From Acidobacteriota bacterium (GTDB lineage Bacteria; Acidobacteriota; UBA6911; RPQK01; JAJDTT01), in NCBI GenBank assembly GCA_965209055.1, contig OZ242374.1, positions 4,672,001 through 4,736,000 on the forward strand: DNA of 64,000 nt. Direction: 5' to 3'. Below, in pieces: positions 20,376 to 31,437 of the stretch; positions within the stretch are counted from its first letter, which is position 1, and each line of letters opens with the position of its first letter. The position numbers were made by a program, and so were the translations under genes. Below the pieces are notes generated by a model. The model made no database searches. It saw only the letters and a program-made list of their open reading frames with translations, and was not told the DNA's origin.

Positions 20376-21179
20376 GTGAGCGGCCTCCTTTTCAACACTG
20401 CCTTTGCATTTTATGTGGCCGGACTCGCATTCAGCACTCTCGTCTTCTTCGCCAACAAGGCAGCCCTCTTTCGAATTGCGGTCGTCACGGTGGGGATCGG
20501 CTTCGGATTGCACTCCGGATTCCTCATCGCTTCCGCGGTGGAGACGGCACACTTTCCGCTCACCGGTCTTCGCGATTCCCTGGGGTTTTTTGCCTGGACC
20601 GTCTCCCTGTGCTTTTTCGTTTCCTACGTCCGGTACCGGATCCGGGCCCTGAGCACCTTTCTGCTGCCGGCGGTGGCGGCACTGATGCTGGGAACGGTCT
20701 TTCTGAAGGCCTCGCCCATAAAACCAATGCTTAGCAGCGCTTGGCTCTACGTGCATACGCCGCTCATGTTCCTGGCCTACGGCATGTTTCTGGTCACTTT
20801 CGTGGCGGGCGTCCTCTACGTGTTCGAGGAACGCGAGCTCAAGAACAAGAAACCCAAGACCTTCTACTATCAGCTCCCTTCCCTGACCACACTGGACGAT
20901 CTGTTCCTGAAGTTCCTGGTGGCCGGTTTTTCCTTCATGACCGCCGGGCTCCTGACGGGGATCGTCTGGGCCGAGCAGGACTGGGTCAACGGATGGCACA
21001 AGGATCCCAAGGTCGTATCGGCCATGGTCACCTGGTGCATCTATCTGGCTCTGATCTATCTGCGGCTGACGGCAGGCTGGCGGGGAAAGAGAGCCGCGGT
21101 GGTGAGCATGGCCGGATTCCTGTGGGTGCTGTTCACCTATCTGGGCGCCAGCTACTTTGGAGGCCTTCACCAGTTCTAG
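20376..21179 (+). CDS. Cytochrome c assembly family membrane protein (CcsA/HemX-like)
   Basis: About 8 TM helices, LPSLTTLD, GIVWA, WHKDPK, GWRGKRAA; first gene of the hem operon. Confidence 0.88.
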   Translation: MSGLLFNTAFAFYVAGLAFSTLVFFANKAALFRIAVVTVGIGFGLHSGFLIASAVETAHFPLTGLRDSLGFFAWTVSLCFFVSYVRYRIRALSTFLLPAVAALMLGTVFLKASPIKPMLSSAWLYVHTPLMFLAYGMFLVTFVAGVLYVFEERELKNKKPKTFYYQLPSLTTLDDLFLKFLVAGFSFMTAGLLTGIVWAEQDWVNGWHKDPKVVSAMVTWCIYLALIYLRLTAGWRGKRAAVVSMAGFLWVLFTYLGASYFGGLHQF

Positions 21180-21222
21180 CCCCATCGTTCCCCTCCACAA
21201 GCGGAGCGGAGAGACCTCGAAC

Positions 21223-22488
21223 ATGCATCCTGTCCTGGTCGGATTGAGCCACAAGACGGCTCCCATCGAAATTCGGGAACGGGTCGCCTTCCGCGAGGAA
21301 GCGGTCGCGTCGGCCCTGGCGGCGTTGCGCCGCGACTACCAGTTGCGGGAGAGCATGATCCTGTCGACCTGCAACCGGGTCGAAGTTCTGGCCCAGGGTG
21401 GAGACGACGCAGAGACCATCGACGGCATCAAGGACTTTCTTTACCGTTACCACTCGCTGGAGCCCGATTCGCTCGAGCAATATCTGTACGCCCTCCGGGA
21501 ACAGGATGCCGTCGTACACGTTTTCCGGGTGGCCAGCAGCCTCGACTCCATGGTTCCCGGAGAAGCCCAGATCCTGGGACAGTTGAAACAGGCGTATGCC
21601 GTTTCGGGGCAGGCGGGAGCTGCGGGAACGGCGCTGAAGGCACTCCTTCCGTCGGCGTTTCGGGTCGCCAAACGGGTCCGGACCGATACCGGCATCTCCC
21701 AATCCGCGGTTTCGGTCAGCTCGGTGGCGGTGGAGCTGGCCCGCAAGATTTTCGGGAGTCTCAAGGACAAGTCGGTTCTGCTGCTGGGCGCGGGGAAGAT
21801 GGCCGAACTGGCCACCCGCAGCCTGGTCCGCTCCGGGATCTCCCGGGTCTTCGTCGCCAGCCGGACCGAGGCGCGCTCCCGGCAACTGGCTTCGCTGTTC
21901 GGCGCCACGTCGATTCCCCTGACCGACCTGGAAGAGCGCCTGCCCGAGTCGGACATCCTGCTGGTCTCCACCAGTTCCGACTCCTACATCCTGGGTCCCG
22001 AGACCGTCAATGACGCGGTCCACCGGCGCAAATACGCGCCCCTGTTCATCATCGACATTGCGGTCCCCAGGAACGTGGACCCCCGGGTGAACCAGATCGA
22101 AAACGTCTTCCTTTACGACATCGACGACTTGCAGACGGTGATCGGGGCCAATTTGCGGGAACGCCGGCGCGAAGCCGAGCTGGCCGAGGAGATCGTCCGG
22201 CAGGAATCCGAGCGCCACATGCAGCGCATCGCTTCCATGAGCCTCGGCCCGCTCATCGCCGACCTGAGAGGCCGCCTCGAAGAGATCTGCATGGCTCAAC
22301 TGGAACAGAGCCGCCAGGGGATGACCGACGCCGACTCCAACCGGATGGAACAGATTCTCCGCAAGACGGCCCGCCGCATCGCGCACCCCATCATCATGGA
22401 GATCAAGTCGCCGGCGCAGGACCCGCAGCGGCGTCTGCACAACATCCAGATGATCAAGCAGGCATTCGGTCTGGACAAAGGGGAATGA
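21223..22488 (+). CDS. hemA: Glutamyl-tRNA reductase
   Basis: GLSHKTAP, LSTCNRVE, SLDSMVPGEAQILGQ, GAGKM, DIAVPRNV. Confidence 0.97.
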   Translation: MHPVLVGLSHKTAPIEIRERVAFREEAVASALAALRRDYQLRESMILSTCNRVEVLAQGGDDAETIDGIKDFLYRYHSLEPDSLEQYLYALREQDAVVHVFRVASSLDSMVPGEAQILGQLKQAYAVSGQAGAAGTALKALLPSAFRVAKRVRTDTGISQSAVSVSSVAVELARKIFGSLKDKSVLLLGAGKMAELATRSLVRSGISRVFVASRTEARSRQLASLFGATSIPLTDLEERLPESDILLVSTSSDSYILGPETVNDAVHRRKYAPLFIIDIAVPRNVDPRVNQIENVFLYDIDDLQTVIGANLRERRREAELAEEIVRQESERHMQRIASMSLGPLIADLRGRLEEICMAQLEQSRQGMTDADSNRMEQILRKTARRIAHPIIMEIKSPAQDPQRRLHNIQMIKQAFGLDKGE

Positions 22489-23423
22489 CGCGAATCCGCG
22501 TGGGGTCGCGGGGCAGCCCCCTGGCGTTGCGGCAGGCCGAGATCGTCTGCCGCGAACTGGAGCGGCGCCACCCCGGCGTCACGACCGGGATCCGGGTGAT
22601 CCGTACCAGCGGTGACCAACCTCGGCCCGAACCGCAGTTCGCAGGACTCTCGGTGAAGCGGATGTTCGTCAAGGAGATCGAGGATGCCCTCCTCCGGGAG
22701 GAGATCGACCTGGCGGTCCACAGCCTCAAGGACCTTCCCTCCGAGCTGCCTCCGGGACTCTGCCTGGCCGCGATCCCCGAACGTGAGGACCCAAGGGACG
22801 CGCTGGTTTCCTCGCTCGCCGTTCGAAGTCCAAGGGAGATCCGCCGAAACGGGCGAATCGGCACGAGTTCCCTGAGACGCACCGTCCAATTGCGGCTTCT
22901 TCGTCCCGACCTGGAGATCCTCCCACTGCGGGGGAACGTGGGCACGCGAATCCGAAAGATGGAAGAGCAACGCCTGGACGGGATCGTATTGGCGGCCGCC
23001 GGTCTCAAGAGGCTCGGCCTGGAAGACCGGATCGCATTCACCTTTTCCCAGGACCAGATGCTGTCCGCCATCGGACAGGGCGCCCTTGCCGTGGAATGCC
23101 GGTGCGGCGACCGGCAGACCCGGGAGCTGCTGGCTGCCCTCGACCATTCTCCGACCCGCGTCTGCACCGACGCCGAACGGCGGTTCCTGGAGCGAATGGG
23201 CGGAGGCTGCCAGGTTCCCATGGGGGCGCATGCCTCCCTCACGTCCCACGGCAGCGAGTTTCAAGCCGTCCTGGCCAGCCCTTACCGGCCGATCAGTCTC
23301 CGCCACCGCGTCCACGGACCCGAAGAGGAGCTTCCGCAGATGGCCCTCGACGCCGCCGAGTCGATCCTCTCCCGGGGAGGCGGCGAAATCCTTCGCGAAT
23401 TGGAGGAAAGGGGGCCGGCATGA
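22485..23423 (+). CDS. hemC: Hydroxymethylbilane synthase
   Basis: GSRGSPLALRQ, AVHSLKD, GTSSLRR, LRGNVGTR, GGGCQVP. Confidence 0.97.
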   Translation: MTRIRVGSRGSPLALRQAEIVCRELERRHPGVTTGIRVIRTSGDQPRPEPQFAGLSVKRMFVKEIEDALLREEIDLAVHSLKDLPSELPPGLCLAAIPEREDPRDALVSSLAVRSPREIRRNGRIGTSSLRRTVQLRLLRPDLEILPLRGNVGTRIRKMEEQRLDGIVLAAAGLKRLGLEDRIAFTFSQDQMLSAIGQGALAVECRCGDRQTRELLAALDHSPTRVCTDAERRFLERMGGGCQVPMGAHASLTSHGSEFQAVLASPYRPISLRHRVHGPEEELPQMALDAAESILSRGGGEILRELEERGPA

Positions 23424-24223
23424 GCCGTCCGTTGGAAGGACGAAAGATTCTGGTGACCCGGAGCCGCACGCAAGCGAGCGAGTTCTCCCGGTTCCTGCGC
23501 CAGGCCGGCGCCGACGTCGTGGAGATCCCGTCCATCGAGATCGTGCCCCGGCCCAACCGGGAGCTGGATCCATGCATCGCCAGGGCCCACCGGTTCGACT
23601 GGCTCTTCTTCACCAGCGTCAACGGCGCCGGGATCTTCCTCTCACGGGCACGGGAGTCGGACTCGCCCTTGTCCGGGAAGGACGAACCGCCCCCCCGGAT
23701 CTGCGCCATCGGACCGGCCACGGCCCGGCGAGTGGAACGGTTCGGCCGGGAGGTTCACCTGGTGCCGGCGCGCTACCAGGCGGAGGGGGTCCTGGAGGCG
23801 TTTCTGGAACTGCACTCGAACCGCATCGAGGGCTTGAACATACTGATTCCAAGAGCCAGCCAGGCCCGTTCTCTGTTGCCCCGGGAACTGACCCGCCACG
23901 GTGCTCAGGTGGAAGTGGTTCCCGTCTACGACACAGTGGTCCCGGAGGAGAGTCGATCGGTGCTCAAGCAGGCCCTCGCCGCGGGCGCGCCCCATCTCAT
24001 CACCTTCACCAGTTCGTCCACCGTTCACCATCTGATGAATCTGGCGACCGATCCGGACGGTGTTCGGTCCGTTCCCTGCGCCGCCATCGGACCCATTACC
24101 GCGGCAACGGCCCGCGAGCATGGATTCCAAGTAGCGGTCGAATCCCGGGAATCCACCATCCCGGGCCTCTTCGCGGCCATCTGCAACTATTGCGACCGGA
24201 AGGGTGTTCGGAGCCGATTGTGA
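23420..24223 (+). CDS. hemD: Uroporphyrinogen-III synthase
   Basis: ILVTR, FFTSVNG, AIGPATA, FTSSSTV, AIGPITA. Confidence 0.93.
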   Translation: MSRPLEGRKILVTRSRTQASEFSRFLRQAGADVVEIPSIEIVPRPNRELDPCIARAHRFDWLFFTSVNGAGIFLSRARESDSPLSGKDEPPPRICAIGPATARRVERFGREVHLVPARYQAEGVLEAFLELHSNRIEGLNILIPRASQARSLLPRELTRHGAQVEVVPVYDTVVPEESRSVLKQALAAGAPHLITFTSSSTVHHLMNLATDPDGVRSVPCAAIGPITAATAREHGFQVAVESRESTIPGLFAAICNYCDRKGVRSRL

Positions 24224-24329
24224 AGGAACGGTATCTCGAACACCGCGGCCGCGGCGAGCAGTGACCATTCTTCCCCGCCCGGTTTCCGCAGATTTCCATC
24301 CCCGGTCTCGCGCTCTCACAGGACTGCCG

Positions 24330-24425
24330 TCAGGTACTGCTGGCGGGCCAGGCAAGGTGGGTCCTGGCCTGCTCAAGATCGAACGTCTCCGGGTCCCAGT
24401 GACCGTACCATTCCTTGAGCTCGGC
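24330..24425 (-). pseudogene. C-terminal remnant resembling plasmid pRiA4b ORF3 family
   Basis: Minus strand reads ELKEWYGHWDPETFDLEQARTHL...stop; no N-terminal part. Confidence 0.4.
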
Positions 24426-25053
24426 GGCGGATGCCAGATCGCTTCGGCATGCCGGTTGCGTGTTCTCATGGCTACTGCGCACCTCAACATTCCAACGAGG
24501 TCTTGTGGAAATCGCGAATCAGCAGTTGAAGATGGAATGGGCTTACGACAGCGCGTTCCGCTTTTTTCCGGTCCAAACGGACGACCTCTGCGGTTATCGG
24601 CTACATGACGCCGACGCTGCGACCAACAAGATTCTGGCCCTGGCGGGACGCAGTGAGATTCGCGACTTTGTGGATGTGTTGCACCTGCACGAAACGTACC
24701 TTTCGCTTGGCGCTCTGGTATGGGCGGCCAGCGGCAAAGACCCTGGCTTCACGCCGGAGTTCCTGCTGGACCAAATGGGACGGCACGTCGCCTACCGGCA
24801 AGCGGATCTCGATCGCCTCAGTTTGAGGAAACCGCTTGATCTCAGGAGACTGAAGCTGCGCTGGATTGCGGCAGCGGATTCGGCGGCAACAACCGTGAGC
24901 AGGCTCCCTCCTGAAGAGGTGGGCTGCCTCTATCTCGGACCGGATCTAAGGCCTCGGACCCCGGATCCGGCTTCACCCGATTTTCCCCGGCTGACACGCC
25001 ACTTCGGGCGCGTTCGAGGGGCCTGGCCGACGCTTTCGCCGTACCTGGGGTGA
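24415..25053 (+). pseudogene. 5'-truncated AbiEii/nucleotidyltransferase-toxin-like gene
   Basis: EWAYDSAFRFFP, DAATNKILALAGRSEIRDFVD, AASGKDPG; N-terminal catalytic G...DLD part absent. Confidence 0.6.
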
Positions 25054-25073
25054 CGGCTTCCTTCGCGGGTAAG

Positions 25074-25101
25074 AGGGCACCCACACAAGGGGTGCCCCGA
25101 C
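25074..25101. repeat. GTAG-class-like REP hairpin (second family)
   Basis: GGGCACCC-acacaag-GGGTGCCC-CGAC; related copy CGGCACCCTCAAGGGGTGCCGCTGC near 28120-28144. Confidence 0.6.
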
Positions 25102-25144
25102 ATACGGACAGCATCGGCCGTACCGGCTGGAACAGCCGCCGTCA

Positions 25145-26005
25145 CTACCTCCGGAACCGCACGTTCAGCGTCAGCTCGCTCGTGACGATCTCTCCCTTGG
25201 AGATCGCCGGCAGGAAGCGCCAGGAGTTGCGGATCGTGTCGAGGGCCATCTGGTCCAGCGTCTCGTCGACGCCCTCCACCACTTCAAGGTCGTAGACGCC
25301 TCCCCAGGGACTGATCATGACGCTGACGACCACCACCACCGGATCCTCCAGGTGGGCGGCGGCGCTCGGGAGTTTCGGTTCGGAGCCCTCCGCGAGAACG
25401 GTGGGAATGACCTCCGAGTCGGGAAAGTACCCTCGGAGCCGGGCGTCGATGTCCGAGGCCTTGTGGAGAATTCCATATCCCCGGGTGAAACCGATGTCCC
25501 GCACCATGGCGGCCGAATTGGCCGCCTTCAGATCCAACTCGGTCACCATGGAGGCCAACTGGTCGAATTGTTCCCCGGTCAAGGGTTCCAGTTCCAGAAT
25601 GCGTCCTCCCACCTTGAGGTAGCACCTGTCCGGCGGCGTCGCGAAATGATACCGCCCCGCAATGTTGTATCCCAGGAAGGAGTGGGGCTTGATCAGGCCG
25701 CTCACTTGGTAGACGTCCCTCGGGCTGGGCGGATCCTCCCGGACGATCAGGTGTCCCTGGCCGGTTCGGCCCTCCGCGTCCACCAGCACCAACTCGTAAG
25801 CGCGCACGGCTTCGAAGCTGTCCCCCAGGTTGATGAAATTCAGGATCGCCATCGCGGGGTCCAGCAATTCCACCGTCACGACACGTTGATCGGACAGATA
25901 GAGAAAATACCGGGATCCCTCTGCAGCCACGGAACCTGCTGAGAGGGCCCAGACCAGCAGTCCCAGAAACATTCCCGGCTTCTTCCACATATGCCAGCAC
26001 TCCAT
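25145..26005 (-). CDS. Exported protein with C-terminal TonB-like domain
   Basis: Signal peptide; VVVVSVMI...G.V..LEVVEG...LDQMALDTIRNSWRFLPA. Confidence 0.75.
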   Translation of the reverse strand: MECWHMWKKPGMFLGLLVWALSAGSVAAEGSRYFLYLSDQRVVTVELLDPAMAILNFINLGDSFEAVRAYELVLVDAEGRTGQGHLIVREDPPSPRDVYQVSGLIKPHSFLGYNIAGRYHFATPPDRCYLKVGGRILELEPLTGEQFDQLASMVTELDLKAANSAAMVRDIGFTRGYGILHKASDIDARLRGYFPDSEVIPTVLAEGSEPKLPSAAAHLEDPVVVVVSVMISPWGGVYDLEVVEGVDETLDQMALDTIRNSWRFLPAISKGEIVTSELTLNVRFRR

Positions 26006-26099
26006 GATCCGGAATTCTAACCGGTCACCAATTCTCGCTGCCGCTGAACCCAATACGCGGCCCCCTCGTCTAGATAGATGAAATCAGGAAGACGAAAGG

Positions 26100-27992
26100 T
26101 TGAAACGAATCTCAGGCGCTTCAATTCCACTCCTTATCGTCGCCCTGTTCCTGACCCCCGCCTCCCGGGCATCCGAATCCACCGGGGAGCAACTGCTTTC
26201 GGTGGCGGCGGGTGGAACGCTTCAGGTCCACAACGATTTCGGGCGAACGTTCATCCGGGGTTGGGACGGCGACCGGGTCAAGCTCCGGTTTCGGAAGCTG
26301 GCTTCCGATCCGAATCGTCTGGACAAGATCGCCCTCGAGACCCGGGAAGGCCCCAAGCAGACTCAGATCTCGGTTCGATTCGACGATCACGTGTCCGAAT
26401 CCGCCTACCTGGAGATTCATGCTCCACGCTCGCTCGGCATCCTGGTGTGGGGAACCCATAGTGCCATCGAACTCCACGGGTTGGAAGGTCCGGTGCAGGC
26501 CTGGACTCTCTCCGGACTGTTGACCTCGGAGGACGTGACCTCTTCCGTATCTCTTCGCACCCAGAGCGGCGACATCCTCTTTCGGACTGGAACCCAACCC
26601 CGCGGCGATATCCGTCTGGAGTCTTTCGGGGGCAAAATCACCTGCCAACTGAGTCCGGATTTGGACCTCCGTGGATGGATCCGAGCGGGCGGCACCCTCT
26701 CCTGGAACGGGGAACTTGAATTGCAGAACGGGTCCCTGCAGAGGAACCTCGGGGTCGGGGGGCCTCTGCTCTACGCCAGCAGCCTCAGTGGCAACGTGCT
26801 CTGCAAGATCTTCCGGCCCGACGGCTTTCGAAAACCGCCGAAGAAAGTCGACCAAGTGCCGGTAAAACCGTTGCTTCCCCCGGCTGGAGTCCAAGGCATT
26901 TCCCATGTGCCGGAGGAGAATCGGGAACGAGACGTTCCGCGGCCGGTTGCGGAGAATCCTCACCCCGACGAACCGGACGAGCCTGCGGAACCCGGCGATC
27001 CGGTGCGCACTCAAGTAAAGGCTCCGGGTCCCGGATACTCTCTCAAGGTCCTGGTGAACTGGGTCTACCTGAACGTCTCGGTTCGGGACCCGCGCAACAA
27101 CCGGAGCGTCTCAAACCTGACGCGGGACGACTTCCTGGTCTACGAAGACGACGTGCTCCAGACCGTCGAGAAGTTCGAACCCACCGAGGCGCCCTTCCGG
27201 GTGCTCCTGCTGTTGGACGTGAGCGGAAGCACGCGGCCCCACCTGGACATGCTCCAGCGGGCTTCGGCCGACTTCTCCCGTGAAATCAGGAACAACGACC
27301 AGATCGCGATCGCCACCTTCAATTCCCGCAGTTGGCTGATCCTTCCCTTCACCAGCGATCGCGAGAAGGTGCGCACCGCTATTGACGGGATCTACTCCGG
27401 CGGCGGGACGGCGCTCTACGACGCCCTCATGGACTCTTTGACCGAGTACTCGGACGGAAGCCACGCGCGCCAAGCCATCGTGGTCTTTACGGACGGCATC
27501 GACAACCAGCTCACCGGAAACCACACCGAGGGTTCCAGCACCACTTTCGGACAACTGTTCGGAGAGATCCGGGAGTCGGATTCCTTGATCTATCCCATCT
27601 TCCTGGATCACCGGAACAACGTCGGGCCGAGGCCGCGCGGGATGTTGGGAGGCCTTCTTCAGAAGATTCCACAGCGCAGGCGTCCGACCATCTCCATCAA
27701 GCAAGAGGACCGGAACGTCTACCTCCAGGCGCGCCGGCAACTTGCCAGCATCGCCGACCAGACGGGCGCCCGGTTTTACTCGCCGCGGCGGATCCAGGAG
27801 ATGGAGACGATCTTCTCGGAGATCGCGGACGATCTCCGGGTTCGCTATCTGCTGGCCTACAACGTTCCCCAGCCACAGCGGAACCGGTCGTGGCGCTCCA
27901 TCCGGGTCGAGATCCGGGATCGTCCGGACCTGGTGACGCGCACGCGGCAGGGATACTACTCCAGTTCGGATTCGGACAGACCTCGGCGGTGA
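26100..27992 (+). CDS. Adhesin-like beta-repeat (DUF4097-like) + Pro-rich linker + VWA domain protein
   Basis: Repeated (T/S)xSG/GG units, Pro-rich linker, DVSGST, GGTALYDAL, FTDGID, RTRQGY. Confidence 0.85.
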   Translation: MKRISGASIPLLIVALFLTPASRASESTGEQLLSVAAGGTLQVHNDFGRTFIRGWDGDRVKLRFRKLASDPNRLDKIALETREGPKQTQISVRFDDHVSESAYLEIHAPRSLGILVWGTHSAIELHGLEGPVQAWTLSGLLTSEDVTSSVSLRTQSGDILFRTGTQPRGDIRLESFGGKITCQLSPDLDLRGWIRAGGTLSWNGELELQNGSLQRNLGVGGPLLYASSLSGNVLCKIFRPDGFRKPPKKVDQVPVKPLLPPAGVQGISHVPEENRERDVPRPVAENPHPDEPDEPAEPGDPVRTQVKAPGPGYSLKVLVNWVYLNVSVRDPRNNRSVSNLTRDDFLVYEDDVLQTVEKFEPTEAPFRVLLLLDVSGSTRPHLDMLQRASADFSREIRNNDQIAIATFNSRSWLILPFTSDREKVRTAIDGIYSGGGTALYDALMDSLTEYSDGSHARQAIVVFTDGIDNQLTGNHTEGSSTTFGQLFGEIRESDSLIYPIFLDHRNNVGPRPRGMLGGLLQKIPQRRRPTISIKQEDRNVYLQARRQLASIADQTGARFYSPRRIQEMETIFSEIADDLRVRYLLAYNVPQPQRNRSWRSIRVEIRDRPDLVTRTRQGYYSSSDSDRPRR

Positions 27993-28233
27993 CGATTCCG
28001 CATCGTTCCGCTACGCAGCCGCCATTTCGCCCATTCTTCGCGTGATTGCGGCCTCCGGTTCTTTCGTACAGGCGATCTCCAATTGGATTCCGGGGGAACC
28101 CGGTCGTTTAAACGAAACACGGCACCCTCAAGGGGTGCCGCTGCGAATTGCGGGTTGGACGCGCCGGGATGGGTGGGTGAGGGATTTGGCACGATCGTGG
28201 TGGAATCGTCACCGGATCAATCGCCAAAAGACA

Positions 28234-28287
28234 GGAACGGAGGCTTTCCAGCCTCCGATTCGGGGGGACAGGAGAGTCCCCCCCTCC
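28234..28287. repeat. REP-like inverted doublet
   Basis: GGAACGGAGGCTTTCCAGCCTCCG and GGGGGGACAGGAGAGTCCCCCCCTCC between convergent genes. Confidence 0.7.
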
Positions 28288-28302
28288 AACGGCGCGACGG
28301 GA

Positions 28303-29220
28303 TTAGGCGGCCGGGACCGTGAGGTAGCCGGCGACCTGATTCCGAACGATACGGGTGATGACCACTTCGTAGGGCTTGTCGACCCCGTCCACGAAGAAAT
28401 AGACCGGTTCGTTGGCGTACTGGCGCTTCTTTTCGATCCGCTTGCGGCCCACGTAGATGTCCAGATCGAACCGTTGCTTCTTGGCGTTGGCGTCCCGCAG
28501 ATTCAGATGAACGTCGAGGACCTTGATGAATCCTCCCTTTTCCTGCAGCTCGAATTCGATCTTTTCCCGCTCCAGAGACCGGGAGAGCTCAGCCAGGCGG
28601 TCGCTGGTGGAGTCCAGATCGCGGTCCAGCCGGTCGAGTCTCCGCTTTGAATTGGCCAAGCCGGCCCGGTTGACGCCGGCGATCTCCGTCAGATTGGTCA
28701 GACCGGCCGAGACCTGGTCCACCTGCTTGCGAACGCCCTTGTTCGCTTCCCGGAGCCCCTCGGTTTCACCTTGGAGCTTCGTGACGTCCTCCCGGTCCGC
28801 CTTGTTCGTCGCCAACGAACTCAGACCCTGAGTCTGCTGTTCCTGCTCCGACTTCAGGCCCTGGAACAGATCCCGATACTGGCTCAGCTCCTTGTCCTGA
28901 GATTGGATGCGGTTCCCGCGCCGGGTCGCCCCTTCCTCCAGCGTCCTGATCTTTTCGCCGGAACTCTCCAGGATTCGCTTCATCTGATCCAACCGCGACT
29001 CGCTGTCCGTCAGGTCCTGGTTGAGACGTTGGATCTCCTGGTGCGTGTCCCAGAAGAGGTATCCCCCCAGACCCAGGCCAATGCCGACCATCGTCCAGAT
29101 CACCGCTCCGACGAGGCGAGCTGCCCGGGGTGGGGCCGGAACCGGCTCCCGGTCAGGGTCTCCGCCCACCGCCGCCAGCAACGGATCCGCAAACTGTTTC
29201 TTGTCATCCGATCTATCCAT
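28303..29220 (-). CDS. Membrane-anchored coiled-coil hypothetical protein
   Basis: GGAGG RBS, one TM helix, long heptad region, beta-rich C-terminus. Confidence 0.8.
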   Translation of the reverse strand: MDRSDDKKQFADPLLAAVGGDPDREPVPAPPRAARLVGAVIWTMVGIGLGLGGYLFWDTHQEIQRLNQDLTDSESRLDQMKRILESSGEKIRTLEEGATRRGNRIQSQDKELSQYRDLFQGLKSEQEQQTQGLSSLATNKADREDVTKLQGETEGLREANKGVRKQVDQVSAGLTNLTEIAGVNRAGLANSKRRLDRLDRDLDSTSDRLAELSRSLEREKIEFELQEKGGFIKVLDVHLNLRDANAKKQRFDLDIYVGRKRIEKKRQYANEPVYFFVDGVDKPYEVVITRIVRNQVAGYLTVPAA

Positions 29221-29418
29221 TTCGATCCTCCCTGCGAACTGTTTCAGACCTCGCCAGATCAACCTCGATCTGCCTGTTTGGATAGACGATGGAGAGTTCC
29301 GGAAGGTTCAGACGCGGCGACGGCGCCGTGTTCGCCGGGTTTTTGCGCGCCCACGAGAAGCCGTCGGGGCCGGATGGCGCGTCGACTCGCATGCCGGAAT
29401 GACACCGACTTGTATAGA

Positions 29419-29846
29419 ATGAAGAGCCTGATGTCGCGTGCCGCGGGAGTGATGATTCTCATGGGATTGGCCCTGCCCGCCTTCATCTTCTACAGCATCT
29501 TTTTCTCCGGACCGTCCACTCCCGGATTGGCCGAGGCGGTGGAGATCACCGAGCAGTTCAACCACCTGGCCGGTGGGGATTTCCGGGTCCTCAGCGTCCA
29601 TGAGGCCGGTCCCACCGTCCGAGCCAGGATCGTCCTGGAGCCGCCTGCCACCGATGACGGCGACATGCACCTGAGGGGCTTGAATGCCCAGTACGACTTC
29701 CAGTCGGTATTGGGGCGGGACCAGGATCTGGGGGTCGTGGTGGGTGAAACCGACGACGCCGGAGCTTTCAGGTCCCTGGGCGTGATCTTCTTTTCCGCGG
29801 CGACGCAGCAGTCCCACTTTCGCCGTGTCTCCGCCGGGTCCTCCGA

Positions 29847-29850
<4 letters not shown>
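29419..29850 (+). CDS. Small membrane-anchored hypothetical protein coupled to gcvT
   Basis: N-terminal TM helix; ATGA overlap with gcvT; start 29419 or 29431. Confidence 0.65.
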
Positions 29851-30929
<1,079 letters not shown>

Positions 30930-31029
30930 TCGGTGTTGAATCATCGAGCCCGGTTGGGTAAATAGTGGACGCCCCCCAACGGGGCGGGTGCCCGGCGGTT
31001 CGGGCCCCCAAAACCGGAAGGAAGAGAAT

Positions 31030-31425
31030 ATGACGATCCCGGAAGGGCTTCGATACACCAGGGAACATGAATGGATCCGTGTCCTTGAGGAGGGCCGGGG
31101 CCGCGTGGGGATCACGCATCACGCCCAGGATGAACTCGGCGACGTGGTTTTCGTCGAACTCCCCCGGACGGGCGACGAATTGAGCGGTGACGACGTCTTC
31201 GGCACCGTGGAATCGGTGAAGGCCGTCTCCGACCTCTACAGCCCGGTTTCGGGGAAAGTCACCGAGGTCAATGAATCCCTGGAAGATCAACCGGAGCTGG
31301 TCAACGACGACCCCTACGGCGAGGGCTGGATGATCCAGGTGGAACTGGGCGACCCCGCCGAGTTGGACGGGCTCATGTCCGCCCAGGAGTACGCCGTGTA
31401 CCTGGCCGAGGAATCCGGCCACTGA
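31030..31425 (+). CDS. gcvH: Glycine cleavage system H protein
   Basis: YTREHEW, VESVKAVSD (lipoyl Lys), NDDPYGEGW. Confidence 0.97.
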   Translation: MTIPEGLRYTREHEWIRVLEEGRGRVGITHHAQDELGDVVFVELPRTGDELSGDDVFGTVESVKAVSDLYSPVSGKVTEVNESLEDQPELVNDDPYGEGWMIQVELGDPAELDGLMSAQEYAVYLAEESGH

Positions 31426-31437
31426 TCCGCTTGACCC

